A stretch of 64,000 nucleotides of DNA from IMG/VR virus record IMGVR_UViG_3300028800_002448; one strand, 5' to 3'. The translations under genes were made by a program, and so were the position numbers. The notes beneath the pieces were generated by a model that saw only the letters and a program-made list of their open reading frames with translations, was not told the origin of the DNA and did no database searches. Positions within the stretch are counted from its first letter, which is position 1, and every line of letters begins with the position of its first letter. Source of the DNA: an uncultured virus (IMG/VR IMGVR_UViG_3300028800_002448) (taxonomy: Duplodnaviria > Heunggongvirae > Uroviricota > Caudoviricetes). This document shows, piece after piece, positions 7,796 through 15,857 of the stretch.

Positions 7796-7990
7796 TCAGC
7801 TCGGCGTGTTCGTTACGACCGTCAGAAGCTCGCGGGGCGGACCCTCGCGGTAGATCTGAGCTTTGAAGTACGAGCCGTAGAGGTTGGCGTCAGCCATCTT
7901 CTCCAGAGCCATCTCCTTGGCGTCGATGGCTTTGTCGAGGCGGTGTTCTTCCTTCTTGTTGTCAGTGATCATGGTCAGGATGATGTTCAT
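7796..7990 (-). CDS. hypothetical protein
   Basis: start overlaps the stop of the 7987 gene (ATGA coupling). Confidence 0.6.
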   Translation of the reverse strand: MNIILTMITDNKKEEHRLDKAIDAKEMALEKMADANLYGSYFKAQIYREGPPRELLTVVTNTPS

Positions 7991-9531
7991 GCTTCCACTT
8001 CTCTTTCTTGTCCGGTCTTCTCTTTAGGCAGCGACTTGACTACTTCGAAGTGTTCGAAAAAGAGCAGGACCTCTCGGGACACCTCGTAGGCGTCCTGCAA
8101 GAGCGAACGGACCTGGTAGTCGACTTCACGCACGTCCGAGATCTGGTCGGTGCTGCGCGTGAAGAAGTCGAAGCGCTTGTCGTCGGGGACCCAGGCCTCA
8201 GCGTAGAACGGGTTGCCCGTGCCCATGGCGGAGAACGTCAGGCGGATGGTCATGAACTCGCCGTCGCCAGAGATGGACTTCCAGATCTTGCGGGCCCAGT
8301 CGATGATCTTGTTGCCGACTGCCGTGAGGTTCAGGAGATGCACGAACTGGTGGATCTTGACGAACACGCGTACGCCGTACCGATTCACGAGGTTCCACTG
8401 GCTGATGCGGCTCCAGGTGTTCATCGGGCGGTAGGCGTCAGGGATGCCCTTGAAGAAGGCCTCGGCGCGAGCCTCCTTGAAGATGGCAAGGCGTTCTTGC
8501 TCGATCGCCGTGATGTTCGGGAGCTTCCCTTGCCCCGGTTCCGTCGGTGACGGCATCGGCGGAAGAAGCTCGTCTTCGGGGAAGAGCGTCGGCGACGGAG
8601 GGGCTGGAGGCTTGATCGGCGGCGGCTGGACCTTGCCGGTCACCATCTTCCCGGAGTCTTCGTAGATCTTCTTCGCCATGGCGAAGTTGCTCTCGAAGGA
8701 GCCCGTGCGGACCCAGCGCTCTACTGTCGCTTTTGGAACTTGAAAGCGCTTCTGAACCTTCTTGTTCCAGGTGGAGAGGGCCTTCCAAGCTTTGGCGAGG
8801 TCCTTGGCGTAGTCGCGCTCGACGGGGGCTTGGATCTCATCTTCGGAGACGCCCTTGTCCAGTTGGTTGCCTGCGGCGCGGTTGACGTCTTTCTCCCATG
8901 TGGGCGGGACGTTGATCTTGGTCCACTTCTTGATGACCTTCTCGGAGACGCCGAAGTAGGAGGCGGTCTGGCCGAGGCCGTAGTCGCGGACGAAGCGCTT
9001 GAGACGTCTGGTGGTCTGCGTGAGGGGGACGCGCGTGGCGGCTAGGAGCGACGTCTCGTCGACGCCTGTCAGCTCTGCGGCCTTGTGCAGGCCCTTGCTT
9101 TTGATGAGCTTGTCGAGCTTGCTACGCTCGAACCGGATGCCTGAGCGTTGACCCTTCTTCGCTCTGAATTTCGCGACGGCGGAAAGCTCTCCGGCTGGCA
9201 CGCCAGTGATGGCGGCTGCCTTCCGATGGCCGACCTTCTTGAGCCACTTGGAGAGGTCGGCGCCCTTGACGATCGTGTACGCGCCGCCGGGCTTGCCGAG
9301 ACCTATGGCTGCCGTGATCTTGGCGGTGGGGAACTTCTTCGAGAGCCATCCGTCCAGCTCTTTGACGGAGGTTTCGAGGCGAGCGGCGGCTCGGCGCTTG
9401 CCGAGACGCTTGATGTAGTCGAGCGTCTTGCGGTGGGCTTGTTCTTGTCTCTTGGCGCTGGTGGATCTCTTCTGGATCGCCTTTCTTGGCGTCTTCTTGG
9501 CGACCTTTTTCTTGAGGATCTTCTTCGTCAT
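7987..9531 (-). CDS. basic multi-HTH DNA-binding protein
   Basis: Lys-rich N-terminus; four HTH-like units (GHRKAAAITGVP, GLHKAAELTGVD, GLGQTASYFGVSEKVIKKW, VQKRFQVPKATVERW); Pro-rich linker; C-terminal globular domain. Confidence 0.7.
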   Translation of the reverse strand: MTKKILKKKVAKKTPRKAIQKRSTSAKRQEQAHRKTLDYIKRLGKRRAAARLETSVKELDGWLSKKFPTAKITAAIGLGKPGGAYTIVKGADLSKWLKKVGHRKAAAITGVPAGELSAVAKFRAKKGQRSGIRFERSKLDKLIKSKGLHKAAELTGVDETSLLAATRVPLTQTTRRLKRFVRDYGLGQTASYFGVSEKVIKKWTKINVPPTWEKDVNRAAGNQLDKGVSEDEIQAPVERDYAKDLAKAWKALSTWNKKVQKRFQVPKATVERWVRTGSFESNFAMAKKIYEDSGKMVTGKVQPPPIKPPAPPSPTLFPEDELLPPMPSPTEPGQGKLPNITAIEQERLAIFKEARAEAFFKGIPDAYRPMNTWSRISQWNLVNRYGVRVFVKIHQFVHLLNLTAVGNKIIDWARKIWKSISGDGEFMTIRLTFSAMGTGNPFYAEAWVPDDKRFDFFTRSTDQISDVREVDYQVRSLLQDAYEVSREVLLFFEHFEVVKSLPKEKTGQEREVEA

Positions 9532-9827
9532 GGCAAGTAGATCTCACCGCTGACGATGACTTTGATCGTGATGGAGACCATGTCTCCGACCATGAGCTTC
9601 AAGTTTCTGGCGCATTCGTTCACGCCAGCGAGAGTCTTGAACGGACGGTTGTATCGATAGTCGAAGTTGAAGGAGAAGGTTCCAGTCGCGTCATCGCCAT
9701 TTTCTAAATCGACGAAGATGTACGCATCGGCGATGGTCTCCTTTGCAAGAAGACCAACCTCTTCGACGCGAGGTGCTTCGATCTCAGAGCCGATCGATGG
9801 CGAAGAGATGTGTGTCGACGCCCTCAC
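9528..9827 (-). CDS. hypothetical protein
   Basis: stop overlaps the start of the 7987-9531 gene. Confidence 0.55.
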   Translation of the reverse strand: MRASTHISSPSIGSEIEAPRVEEVGLLAKETIADAYIFVDLENGDDATGTFSFNFDYRYNRPFKTLAGVNECARNLKLMVGDMVSITIKVIVSGEIYLP

Positions 9828-9945
9828 TTTTTGCTAACAGCAAAAAGGTGGCGGACGCAGAATCTTGACATTCCTGCCAGAAAAGCAATGCTGAATGTCG
9901 TCGTCACAGCGTCACCTCCAAGTCACGCAAACTAAACCAGGCATG

Positions 9946-9986
9946 CCCCGGCGAAGGAACCACCCTTCGTCGGGGTTTCGCCTTTT
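9946..9986 (+). terminator. intrinsic terminator hairpin
   Basis: CCCCGGCGAAGG-AACCAC-CCTTCGTCGGGG followed by TTTCGCCTTTT. Confidence 0.65.
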
Positions 9987-10032
9987 CAGGCGAGCGGAAA
10001 GCTCGTGATGATCGCGCTTCGGCGAGCGCAGA

Positions 10033-10236
10033 TCAAGTCGGGCCGAGCTTGATGAACGGCTTTTCGTACCAGTGTCGCGGCTTCGGTTTCGAAGCTCGCG
10101 GCGTGGCGACGATGACGATCTCGACGTAGCGCTGCTGGACGACGGGCGAGGGTCTCAGGCGGTCCGTGTTGGGCCGGTACCCGCCGAGGTTGTCCACCTC
10201 GCCTCCCATGTCCCTGTCGGGCTTGCTCATGCTCAT
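10033..10236 (-). CDS. hypothetical protein
   Basis: ATG with GGAG-like RBS. Confidence 0.45.
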   Translation of the reverse strand: MSMSKPDRDMGGEVDNLGGYRPNTDRLRPSPVVQQRYVEIVIVATPRASKPKPRHWYEKPFIKLGPT

Positions 10237-10302
10237 GACCTCGGAGGACCATGATACCCGAGCTAGGTTGTGAGATGTTGTTTTAGTGATGTACGACCTA
10301 GC

Positions 10303-10331
10303 TTGCCTTATTGTACACCAGAGTGTACACT
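10303..10331 (+). promoter_or_regulatory. TA promoter with twin TGTACA operator palindromes
   Basis: TTGCCT-N17-TACACT; TGTACA at 10312 and 10324, 12 bp apart, as in YefM/Phd-type operators. Confidence 0.7.
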
Positions 10332-10340
10332 TTACGTATC

Positions 10341-10778
10341 ATGGAGAGGTTGAGCGCAAGCGATGCTCGGAAGAATTTCTTCGAGACTATCGATAAGGTT
10401 TCTTCGAAGGAGGAGTCCTTCTTGATCGAGAAGCACGGCAAGGGCGTTGCTAGGCTCTTGCCCGTGAAAGACGCGACGAGACCGAGCATCGATCCGAAGG
10501 TGATCGGCGACTTCTGTCGCAAGCACAAGATCAAGATCTTGTATCTGTTCGGTTCCGTGCTGACGGATCGTTTTCACGAGGAGAGCGACGTCGACGTGAT
10601 GTTCGAGGCGTTGGAGTCTTCGATCGACATCTCAGAGCAGATGGACATGACTGAAGAACTTGAAGCGATCTTCGGCAGGCGAGTCGATCTGGTTTCGAAG
10701 AGAGCCGTGGAAGAGAGCATCAACCCGATACGAAAGAAGTCGATGATCGACGGTTCACAGGTGATCTATGCCCGGTAA
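10341..10778 (+). CDS. Phd/YefM domain fused to minimal nucleotidyltransferase (MntA-like antitoxin)
   Basis: N-terminal SASDARKNFFETIDKV..FLIEKHGKGVARL (Phd-like); GSX10DXD motif FGSVLTDRFHEESDVD; FGRRVDLV. Confidence 0.88.
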   Translation: MERLSASDARKNFFETIDKVSSKEESFLIEKHGKGVARLLPVKDATRPSIDPKVIGDFCRKHKIKILYLFGSVLTDRFHEESDVDVMFEALESSIDISEQMDMTEELEAIFGRRVDLVSKRAVEESINPIRKKSMIDGSQVIYAR

Positions 10779-11145
10779 GAGTCGTGCCGGGACGGATAAG
10801 GATCCTGCATTTTTGAAGGACATCGTGGATTCATGCGATCTGGTGATGGCCTATGTCGTCGGCAAGACTTTCCTAGAGTTCATGGGAGACAGGCAGCTTC
10901 AAGATGCTGTGGAGCGAAGGATCTTCGTGATAGGTGAGGCGTCCAAGAAGCTATCGGAAGCGGCGCGAAAGCGTCATCCGTCGGTGAAGTGGCGCGAGAT
11001 CATCGGCATGCGAGAGAAGCTTGCGCATGACTATTGGCAGAGCGAAGCCAAGGTCGCCTGGGACGTGGCGACGAAGCACGCTTCAGTTCTTCGTGAAGCC
11101 TTGGCTTCTGACGAAGAACTCCTGAGGGCGATGAGGGAGATCTGA
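10768..11145 (+). CDS. HEPN (DUF86, HepT-like) RNase toxin
   Basis: QDAVER..VIGEA.K..W..I.GMREKLAHDY (RX4HXY motif). Confidence 0.9.
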   Translation: MPGKSRAGTDKDPAFLKDIVDSCDLVMAYVVGKTFLEFMGDRQLQDAVERRIFVIGEASKKLSEAARKRHPSVKWREIIGMREKLAHDYWQSEAKVAWDVATKHASVLREALASDEELLRAMREI

Positions 11146-11146
11146 C

Positions 11147-11383
11147 TTAGATCTTGGTCGCCAGCTCCGGGTGGAACTCGTAGTAGCGTCTGTCGTCCCC
11201 GAGGACGATGAGGCCTTTGATGTGTTTCTTGCGGATCCAGTAGTCGACGTATTGCACTACGCCGTTGATGTCTTTGCCGCCGTAGATCGGCATCGAGACA
11301 CGATCGCCGACAGTGAAGCCGTGGTCGGGCGGAATGGGTGGAAGATCGGAATCTGCCTTTTGGCTGATGCCCATCGAAATCAT
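11147..11383 (-). CDS. small SH3-like hypothetical protein
   Basis: FTVGDRV..GVV pattern; last gene of the long minus-strand block. Confidence 0.5.
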   Translation of the reverse strand: MISMGISQKADSDLPPIPPDHGFTVGDRVSMPIYGGKDINGVVQYVDYWIRKKHIKGLIVLGDDRRYYEFHPELATKI

Positions 11384-11400
11384 CGTCTATGTTCGCCTAC

Positions 11401-13773
11401 TTAGGCGCCCCCGGCAAGCTTGTCGCAAAGGATCTCTTCCCATTCCTTCGCGACGTTGTCCCACGGGTGGTAGCCGAGGGCGTTCTTGCGACCGTTGTAG
11501 GCCATCTGAGGCTGCGCATTCTGGTCGGTGAGGCACCAGACGGCCCTGCTGATGAAGGCCTCCTGCTGCTTCTCTTCCGACGTTGGAGGCTTGATGAGGA
11601 AGCCGTGATGCACGGTCTCGTTGAGCGCTGCGAGCGCGCTCGTGATGGGAGTGCAGCCTGCTGCTTGCGCTTCCATCACGGTGATGCAGCTCGTCTCTTC
11701 GAACATCGTGGGGTAGAAGAGAGCCTTCGCTTCGAGCATCTCCAGCGCGAGCTGAGCTTGCGGCAGGCGACCTCGGAGGAACACACCTTCGGTCGCCTCG
11801 GCGGCATCCTTGATCCTCTTGACGGCCGCGGCAGTCTTCTCGGCCCTTTCTGGCGGCATGCGCGCGATCATCATGTTGACCGTGTCGAAGCCGTAGAAGA
11901 CGTGCAGCTCGGCGTCCTTTACCTGCTCACGGATCTTCGGGAAGAGTTTGATGGCCATGTCGAGGCCGCGGTCGAACGACGACGAGTAGATGAGCTTGTT
12001 CTTCTTCGGCGGGAGGTTCTCGACCTGCGGGTAGAAGAGATCCGGGTCGATACCGTTCCTCGTCGCGATGACTGCTGAAGGAGGAACGAAGGTGTAGAGA
12101 GATTCGATGAGGGCCTTGTGCCACTTCGAGACGCAGAAGATCATGTCGGCGGCGAGCAGTCCCTTGGCCGTGGAGGCGACGGGTGCTCCGATGCCTGCGT
12201 CGTGCATCCAGAGAACCTTGAGCCTAGCCTTGACGTCGCCCTCGATGAGCGTGGCCGCGCGCCTCGAAGTGATGAAGGCGTCGACGGTCTCCATCTTCTG
12301 AGGATCGAACTGATCGTACGGGATGTACTCGACTCCTTCGAAGTTGCCGGAGATGCCTTCGCAGTGGCAGTAGATCCTGACCTTGTGGCCGCGCTTGGCG
12401 AGCGCCCTTGAGATCGACACGGCGGCGGTTTCAGATCCTCCGAGGCCGTTCTTCTTCGGCGTCTCTGCGTTCCAGGTTTCGAGCGACCTACCGCAGTGGA
12501 TGATGATGTCGAGCTTGCGCTGGTTGCGCCTCAACTGCGCCTCGGCCGTGGCCTTGGTGCCGAGGAGGTTGAGATCTCTGGGCGCGTGCTTGAGGCCTTC
12601 CTGGACGTTGAGGAGCGCCTTCTTGTACTCGCCGACGGCCATGTAGGCGCGCCCTGCGATGATGGCCGGGTAGTAGTAGCGGTCGAGCGGGTTGCAGTGC
12701 AGGACGTCCCTGACGTCGCGGATGGCTTTGCGTCCCTTCTCGTGTTGGCGCACGGACTCCTTCCAGTCCTGCTTGTAGTAGGCCATGCGCGCGAGTCCGA
12801 AGAAGCTCTCAGGCTTCTCGAAGATGGTAGAGGCGGCGGCATAGTTGGCGGCTGCTTCGTCGAGCTTCCCCTTGGCCTCTTGGATCTGACCGATGTAGAT
12901 GTGCGCGAGGCTGCGTTCTTCGTCCCAGTCGCCCTTGTCGATGTAGGTCTGGAGGTGTTGGAGGGCCTTGTCGGGGTTGTAGGGGCGGGTCTCGTTGCCC
13001 AGGTAGAACCAGAGTCGCGGGTGGAAGGCTTCTCCGCGCTTGTCGAACTGGTGCATCTGCCAGACGAGCACCTTGTAGTTCCGGAGGGGGACGCGGTGGC
13101 TCTGCTTGCCTTCGAGGTGCTTGGCCTGATGGACGATCTTGATGAACTTCTGGTCGGCGACGTCGATCTTGTTGATGGGTCCGATCGTCTCATGGATGGG
13201 GTGCTGCCAGAACGCGCCAGCTCCACGTTTGAGGACCCTGGTTCGAAGGAGCTGGTTGACGACGCGTCCGTCATCGTCTTCTTCGTAGTCGTACGTCATG
13301 AGCGTCGACTCGATGTTCTCCTGGCGCATCTTGATCGTGATGGCGGGAAGGTTGCCGGCGCCGACGACGATGTCGTCGGAGTCGATCCACATCAGGTAGT
13401 CGCTGGTGGCCGAGTCCCACGAGAGCTGGCGAGCTTTGGCGTAGTCGGCGAGCATGACCGTGCCGCTGTGTGAGTCACTCGGCGGCGCGCCTTCGACGCC
13501 TTCGAAGGTTCGGGCGACGTCGAGGATGAACGACTCGGGGTTGGTCTTCGGAGTGAAGTAGTTGAGCCTATAAGTGAACGGACGACCGTTAGACGATCGC
13601 ATGTCGACGATGTCTTGTATGACCGCGAGCGTGTCGTCCTTGCTTCCGGTGTCGACGATCGAAAGTTCGTCGATCTGGTCGATGACGGAGGTCAGGCACT
13701 TGGTGATGTAGGGACCGACGTCCCTGACGATCATGCAGAGGCCGAGCGTTGGGATCGGGGGTGCTTCGCTCAT
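11401..13773 (-). CDS. GT2 + TPR + GT4 multidomain glycosyltransferase
   Basis: LCMIVRD..CL.SV..DE..IVDTGSKDDT, WIDSDD, IHE (GT-A); TPR-like helices; GLGGSETA, YSSSFDRGL, FEETSCITVMEAQAAG (GT-B). Confidence 0.92.
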   Translation of the reverse strand: MSEAPPIPTLGLCMIVRDVGPYITKCLTSVIDQIDELSIVDTGSKDDTLAVIQDIVDMRSSNGRPFTYRLNYFTPKTNPESFILDVARTFEGVEGAPPSDSHSGTVMLADYAKARQLSWDSATSDYLMWIDSDDIVVGAGNLPAITIKMRQENIESTLMTYDYEEDDDGRVVNQLLRTRVLKRGAGAFWQHPIHETIGPINKIDVADQKFIKIVHQAKHLEGKQSHRVPLRNYKVLVWQMHQFDKRGEAFHPRLWFYLGNETRPYNPDKALQHLQTYIDKGDWDEERSLAHIYIGQIQEAKGKLDEAAANYAAASTIFEKPESFFGLARMAYYKQDWKESVRQHEKGRKAIRDVRDVLHCNPLDRYYYPAIIAGRAYMAVGEYKKALLNVQEGLKHAPRDLNLLGTKATAEAQLRRNQRKLDIIIHCGRSLETWNAETPKKNGLGGSETAAVSISRALAKRGHKVRIYCHCEGISGNFEGVEYIPYDQFDPQKMETVDAFITSRRAATLIEGDVKARLKVLWMHDAGIGAPVASTAKGLLAADMIFCVSKWHKALIESLYTFVPPSAVIATRNGIDPDLFYPQVENLPPKKNKLIYSSSFDRGLDMAIKLFPKIREQVKDAELHVFYGFDTVNMMIARMPPERAEKTAAAVKRIKDAAEATEGVFLRGRLPQAQLALEMLEAKALFYPTMFEETSCITVMEAQAAGCTPITSALAALNETVHHGFLIKPPTSEEKQQEAFISRAVWCLTDQNAQPQMAYNGRKNALGYHPWDNVAKEWEEILCDKLAGGA

Positions 13774-13775
13774 GG

Positions 13776-14918
13776 TCAGGCTGCCTTCCTCTTCTTGTCG
13801 GCGATGGCATGGGTGAGGAACTCTTCCCATTTGAGGGCTACGTTCCGGAGGTCGAAGTCGACGGCGAATTTCTTCGCCCTCTTGGTCAGTGACTTGGCGA
13901 AGACGTCGTCGGTGAGTGATTCGCAGACGGCATCGATCCACTCGACCTTTTTTCGTCCAGGGAGGCCCGGGATGACGTAGGCAGCATCCTGATAGATCTC
14001 GCCCAGGCAGTCGGCGTCGGAAACGATCGGGACGCATCCGGCTGCGCACGCGTCCATCGTGGCGACCGAGAAAGACTCGGTGAAGTCGATCGGCTCGCAG
14101 GTGTAGGCGAGGACCCTCGTACGACAGAGCTTCTTGATGATGTCGAAGGTCGAGATGTTGCCACGCATGTAGACGCCGTTATCGCCTTCGGTGCCGCTCT
14201 TCTGGAGGAGGGCGTTCATGTGTCTGACGCGAAGGCCGATAGCGTTCTGTTCCTTGTGCGCCTGGCTGTAGAGCTTCTGCCACTCATAGAAGATCTCAAG
14301 AGTCGCCTCAGGGACTCTTCTTTTGACCTCGGGGAAGATCTCCAAGATCCTGTGTAGACCTCTATCGGGAGAAGAGATGAAGGCTATGGTTTTGCCTCTG
14401 TCTTCTATGGGTAGCGAGCCCTCGTAGAAACGAAGGTCGATCGAATTAGGTATGATGGCGAACTTGGCTGGGTCGAAGTCGGAGACGCTGACGAGCCTCT
14501 TCTTGTGGGCTTCGGAGAGCGCTACGTACTTGTCGACGAAGGGGTTGAATCCGGCGTAGGCGAATCCCCAGTCGTTGATTTGATGGACGTTCACGCGGAC
14601 CTTTTCGGCGGGCACGAATCGCAGCAGGTCAGGTTCGTTCCACGAAAGGTATGCGTCGCAGTCCTTCGGCAGGTAGGAGGGTGTGTCTTGCGTCTTCGGG
14701 ATCGGGATGAACGTGCAGCCTTCAAGCACGGGGGGTTTGCTCGGGCCCTTGCCGTCGCAGGTGACGATCACCTCGTGGCCGCGAGCTGAGAGGCTCCTGG
14801 CGGCGTTGAAGAACGAGTTCTCAGAGCCGGTGAGGCCGCGCCCGTCCCACAGGTGCTCCAGGTCGAAGCCTCCGTGGTACTTGCTGCCCCAGCGTCCGAA
14901 GATGAAGCCGAGCTTCAA
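13776..14918 (-). CDS. GT4 (GT-B) glycosyltransferase
   Basis: GLTGSEN, L..RGHEV, IIPNSID, ISSPDRGL, ESFSVATMDACAAG; paralog of the C-terminal half of 11401. Confidence 0.9.
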   Translation of the reverse strand: MKLGFIFGRWGSKYHGGFDLEHLWDGRGLTGSENSFFNAARSLSARGHEVIVTCDGKGPSKPPVLEGCTFIPIPKTQDTPSYLPKDCDAYLSWNEPDLLRFVPAEKVRVNVHQINDWGFAYAGFNPFVDKYVALSEAHKKRLVSVSDFDPAKFAIIPNSIDLRFYEGSLPIEDRGKTIAFISSPDRGLHRILEIFPEVKRRVPEATLEIFYEWQKLYSQAHKEQNAIGLRVRHMNALLQKSGTEGDNGVYMRGNISTFDIIKKLCRTRVLAYTCEPIDFTESFSVATMDACAAGCVPIVSDADCLGEIYQDAAYVIPGLPGRKKVEWIDAVCESLTDDVFAKSLTKRAKKFAVDFDLRNVALKWEEFLTHAIADKKRKAA

Positions 14919-15001
14919 CTACGCACCGAGTCAAAGTGAGATGGTTTCTCCATCGCGCCAGAGGATAGGCGCAGGGAGATCTGGCTCGCAAGATTTTGGG
15001 T

Positions 15002-15856
15002 CTACGCGAGGGCGACGCTTCTCCAGGCGGTACCGTTGTGGATCCAGAGCGTGTTGGGCTCTTGGAAGTAGTAGGCGTACGTGCCCGCGCCGAAGGGTCT
15101 CGAAGGGATGCCGGTGGGGGGCGACGATCCGCCGTTCATGTACGCGAAGCCTTGAGTCGAAGCTGCCGGCTGAGTGGTCGGCTTGCCCATGATGGCGTTC
15201 TGGTTCCCATCGCTCGTGAACACGTTGTTGCGGTTCGCCTTGATGACGACACTTCCAGTGGGGCCTGGATTCAACTGAATTTGTGCGAATGAACCGTTGG
15301 TGTCGATCGCGGCAAGGTTGAGGGCGCCGCCGTCTTGAACAGAAAGTATGAGGCCGCCACCGCCTTCCTTGACGATGGCTTGATCGTCATCGAGGTCGAA
15401 GAGGATCGACGAGTTGTCGAAGTTCGAGACGCCCGAGATGATGAGGGGTGTTGACGGGTTGTAGTTTCCGGCTTTGTCGAGGTGGAGTGATTTCGTGGTC
15501 GTGTCGAAGAAGAGGTCGTCAGGATCTACTACGAAGCCGTCACCCGAGGCATTCACGAACGGGATCGCGCCAGGCGTAGTTGCGTCAGGTGACAAGCCAC
15601 CGCTGATGACCCATTGCCTGCTCGGATCGTCTGATGTGGCGATGATCGTGCTGTCGTTGGGGTCGCCGACGGCAGCCTGAAGGGCATAGAGACGTCCCGT
15701 GCTCTGCACGAAAGAAAGCTGGCCGTCTTGATAACCACCTTCGGTGAGAGGACCGAGCGTGGTGAAGCTCGACAGCTCCGTCGGCGTCGACGCGACGACG
15801 GTCGCGGTGTAGCCGATGCCGACGGTGGGGAGGTTTACGAAGCTGTTGGTTCCCAT
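15002..15856 (-). CDS. spike/fibre-like virion protein with MGTNSF N-terminal domain
   Basis: shared ~85-aa N-terminal domain; C-terminal YFQEPNTLWIHNGTAW fibre-like motif. Confidence 0.75.
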   Translation of the reverse strand: MGTNSFVNLPTVGIGYTATVVASTPTELSSFTTLGPLTEGGYQDGQLSFVQSTGRLYALQAAVGDPNDSTIIATSDDPSRQWVISGGLSPDATTPGAIPFVNASGDGFVVDPDDLFFDTTTKSLHLDKAGNYNPSTPLIISGVSNFDNSSILFDLDDDQAIVKEGGGGLILSVQDGGALNLAAIDTNGSFAQIQLNPGPTGSVVIKANRNNVFTSDGNQNAIMGKPTTQPAASTQGFAYMNGGSSPPTGIPSRPFGAGTYAYYFQEPNTLWIHNGTAWRSVALA

Positions 15857-15857
15857 T

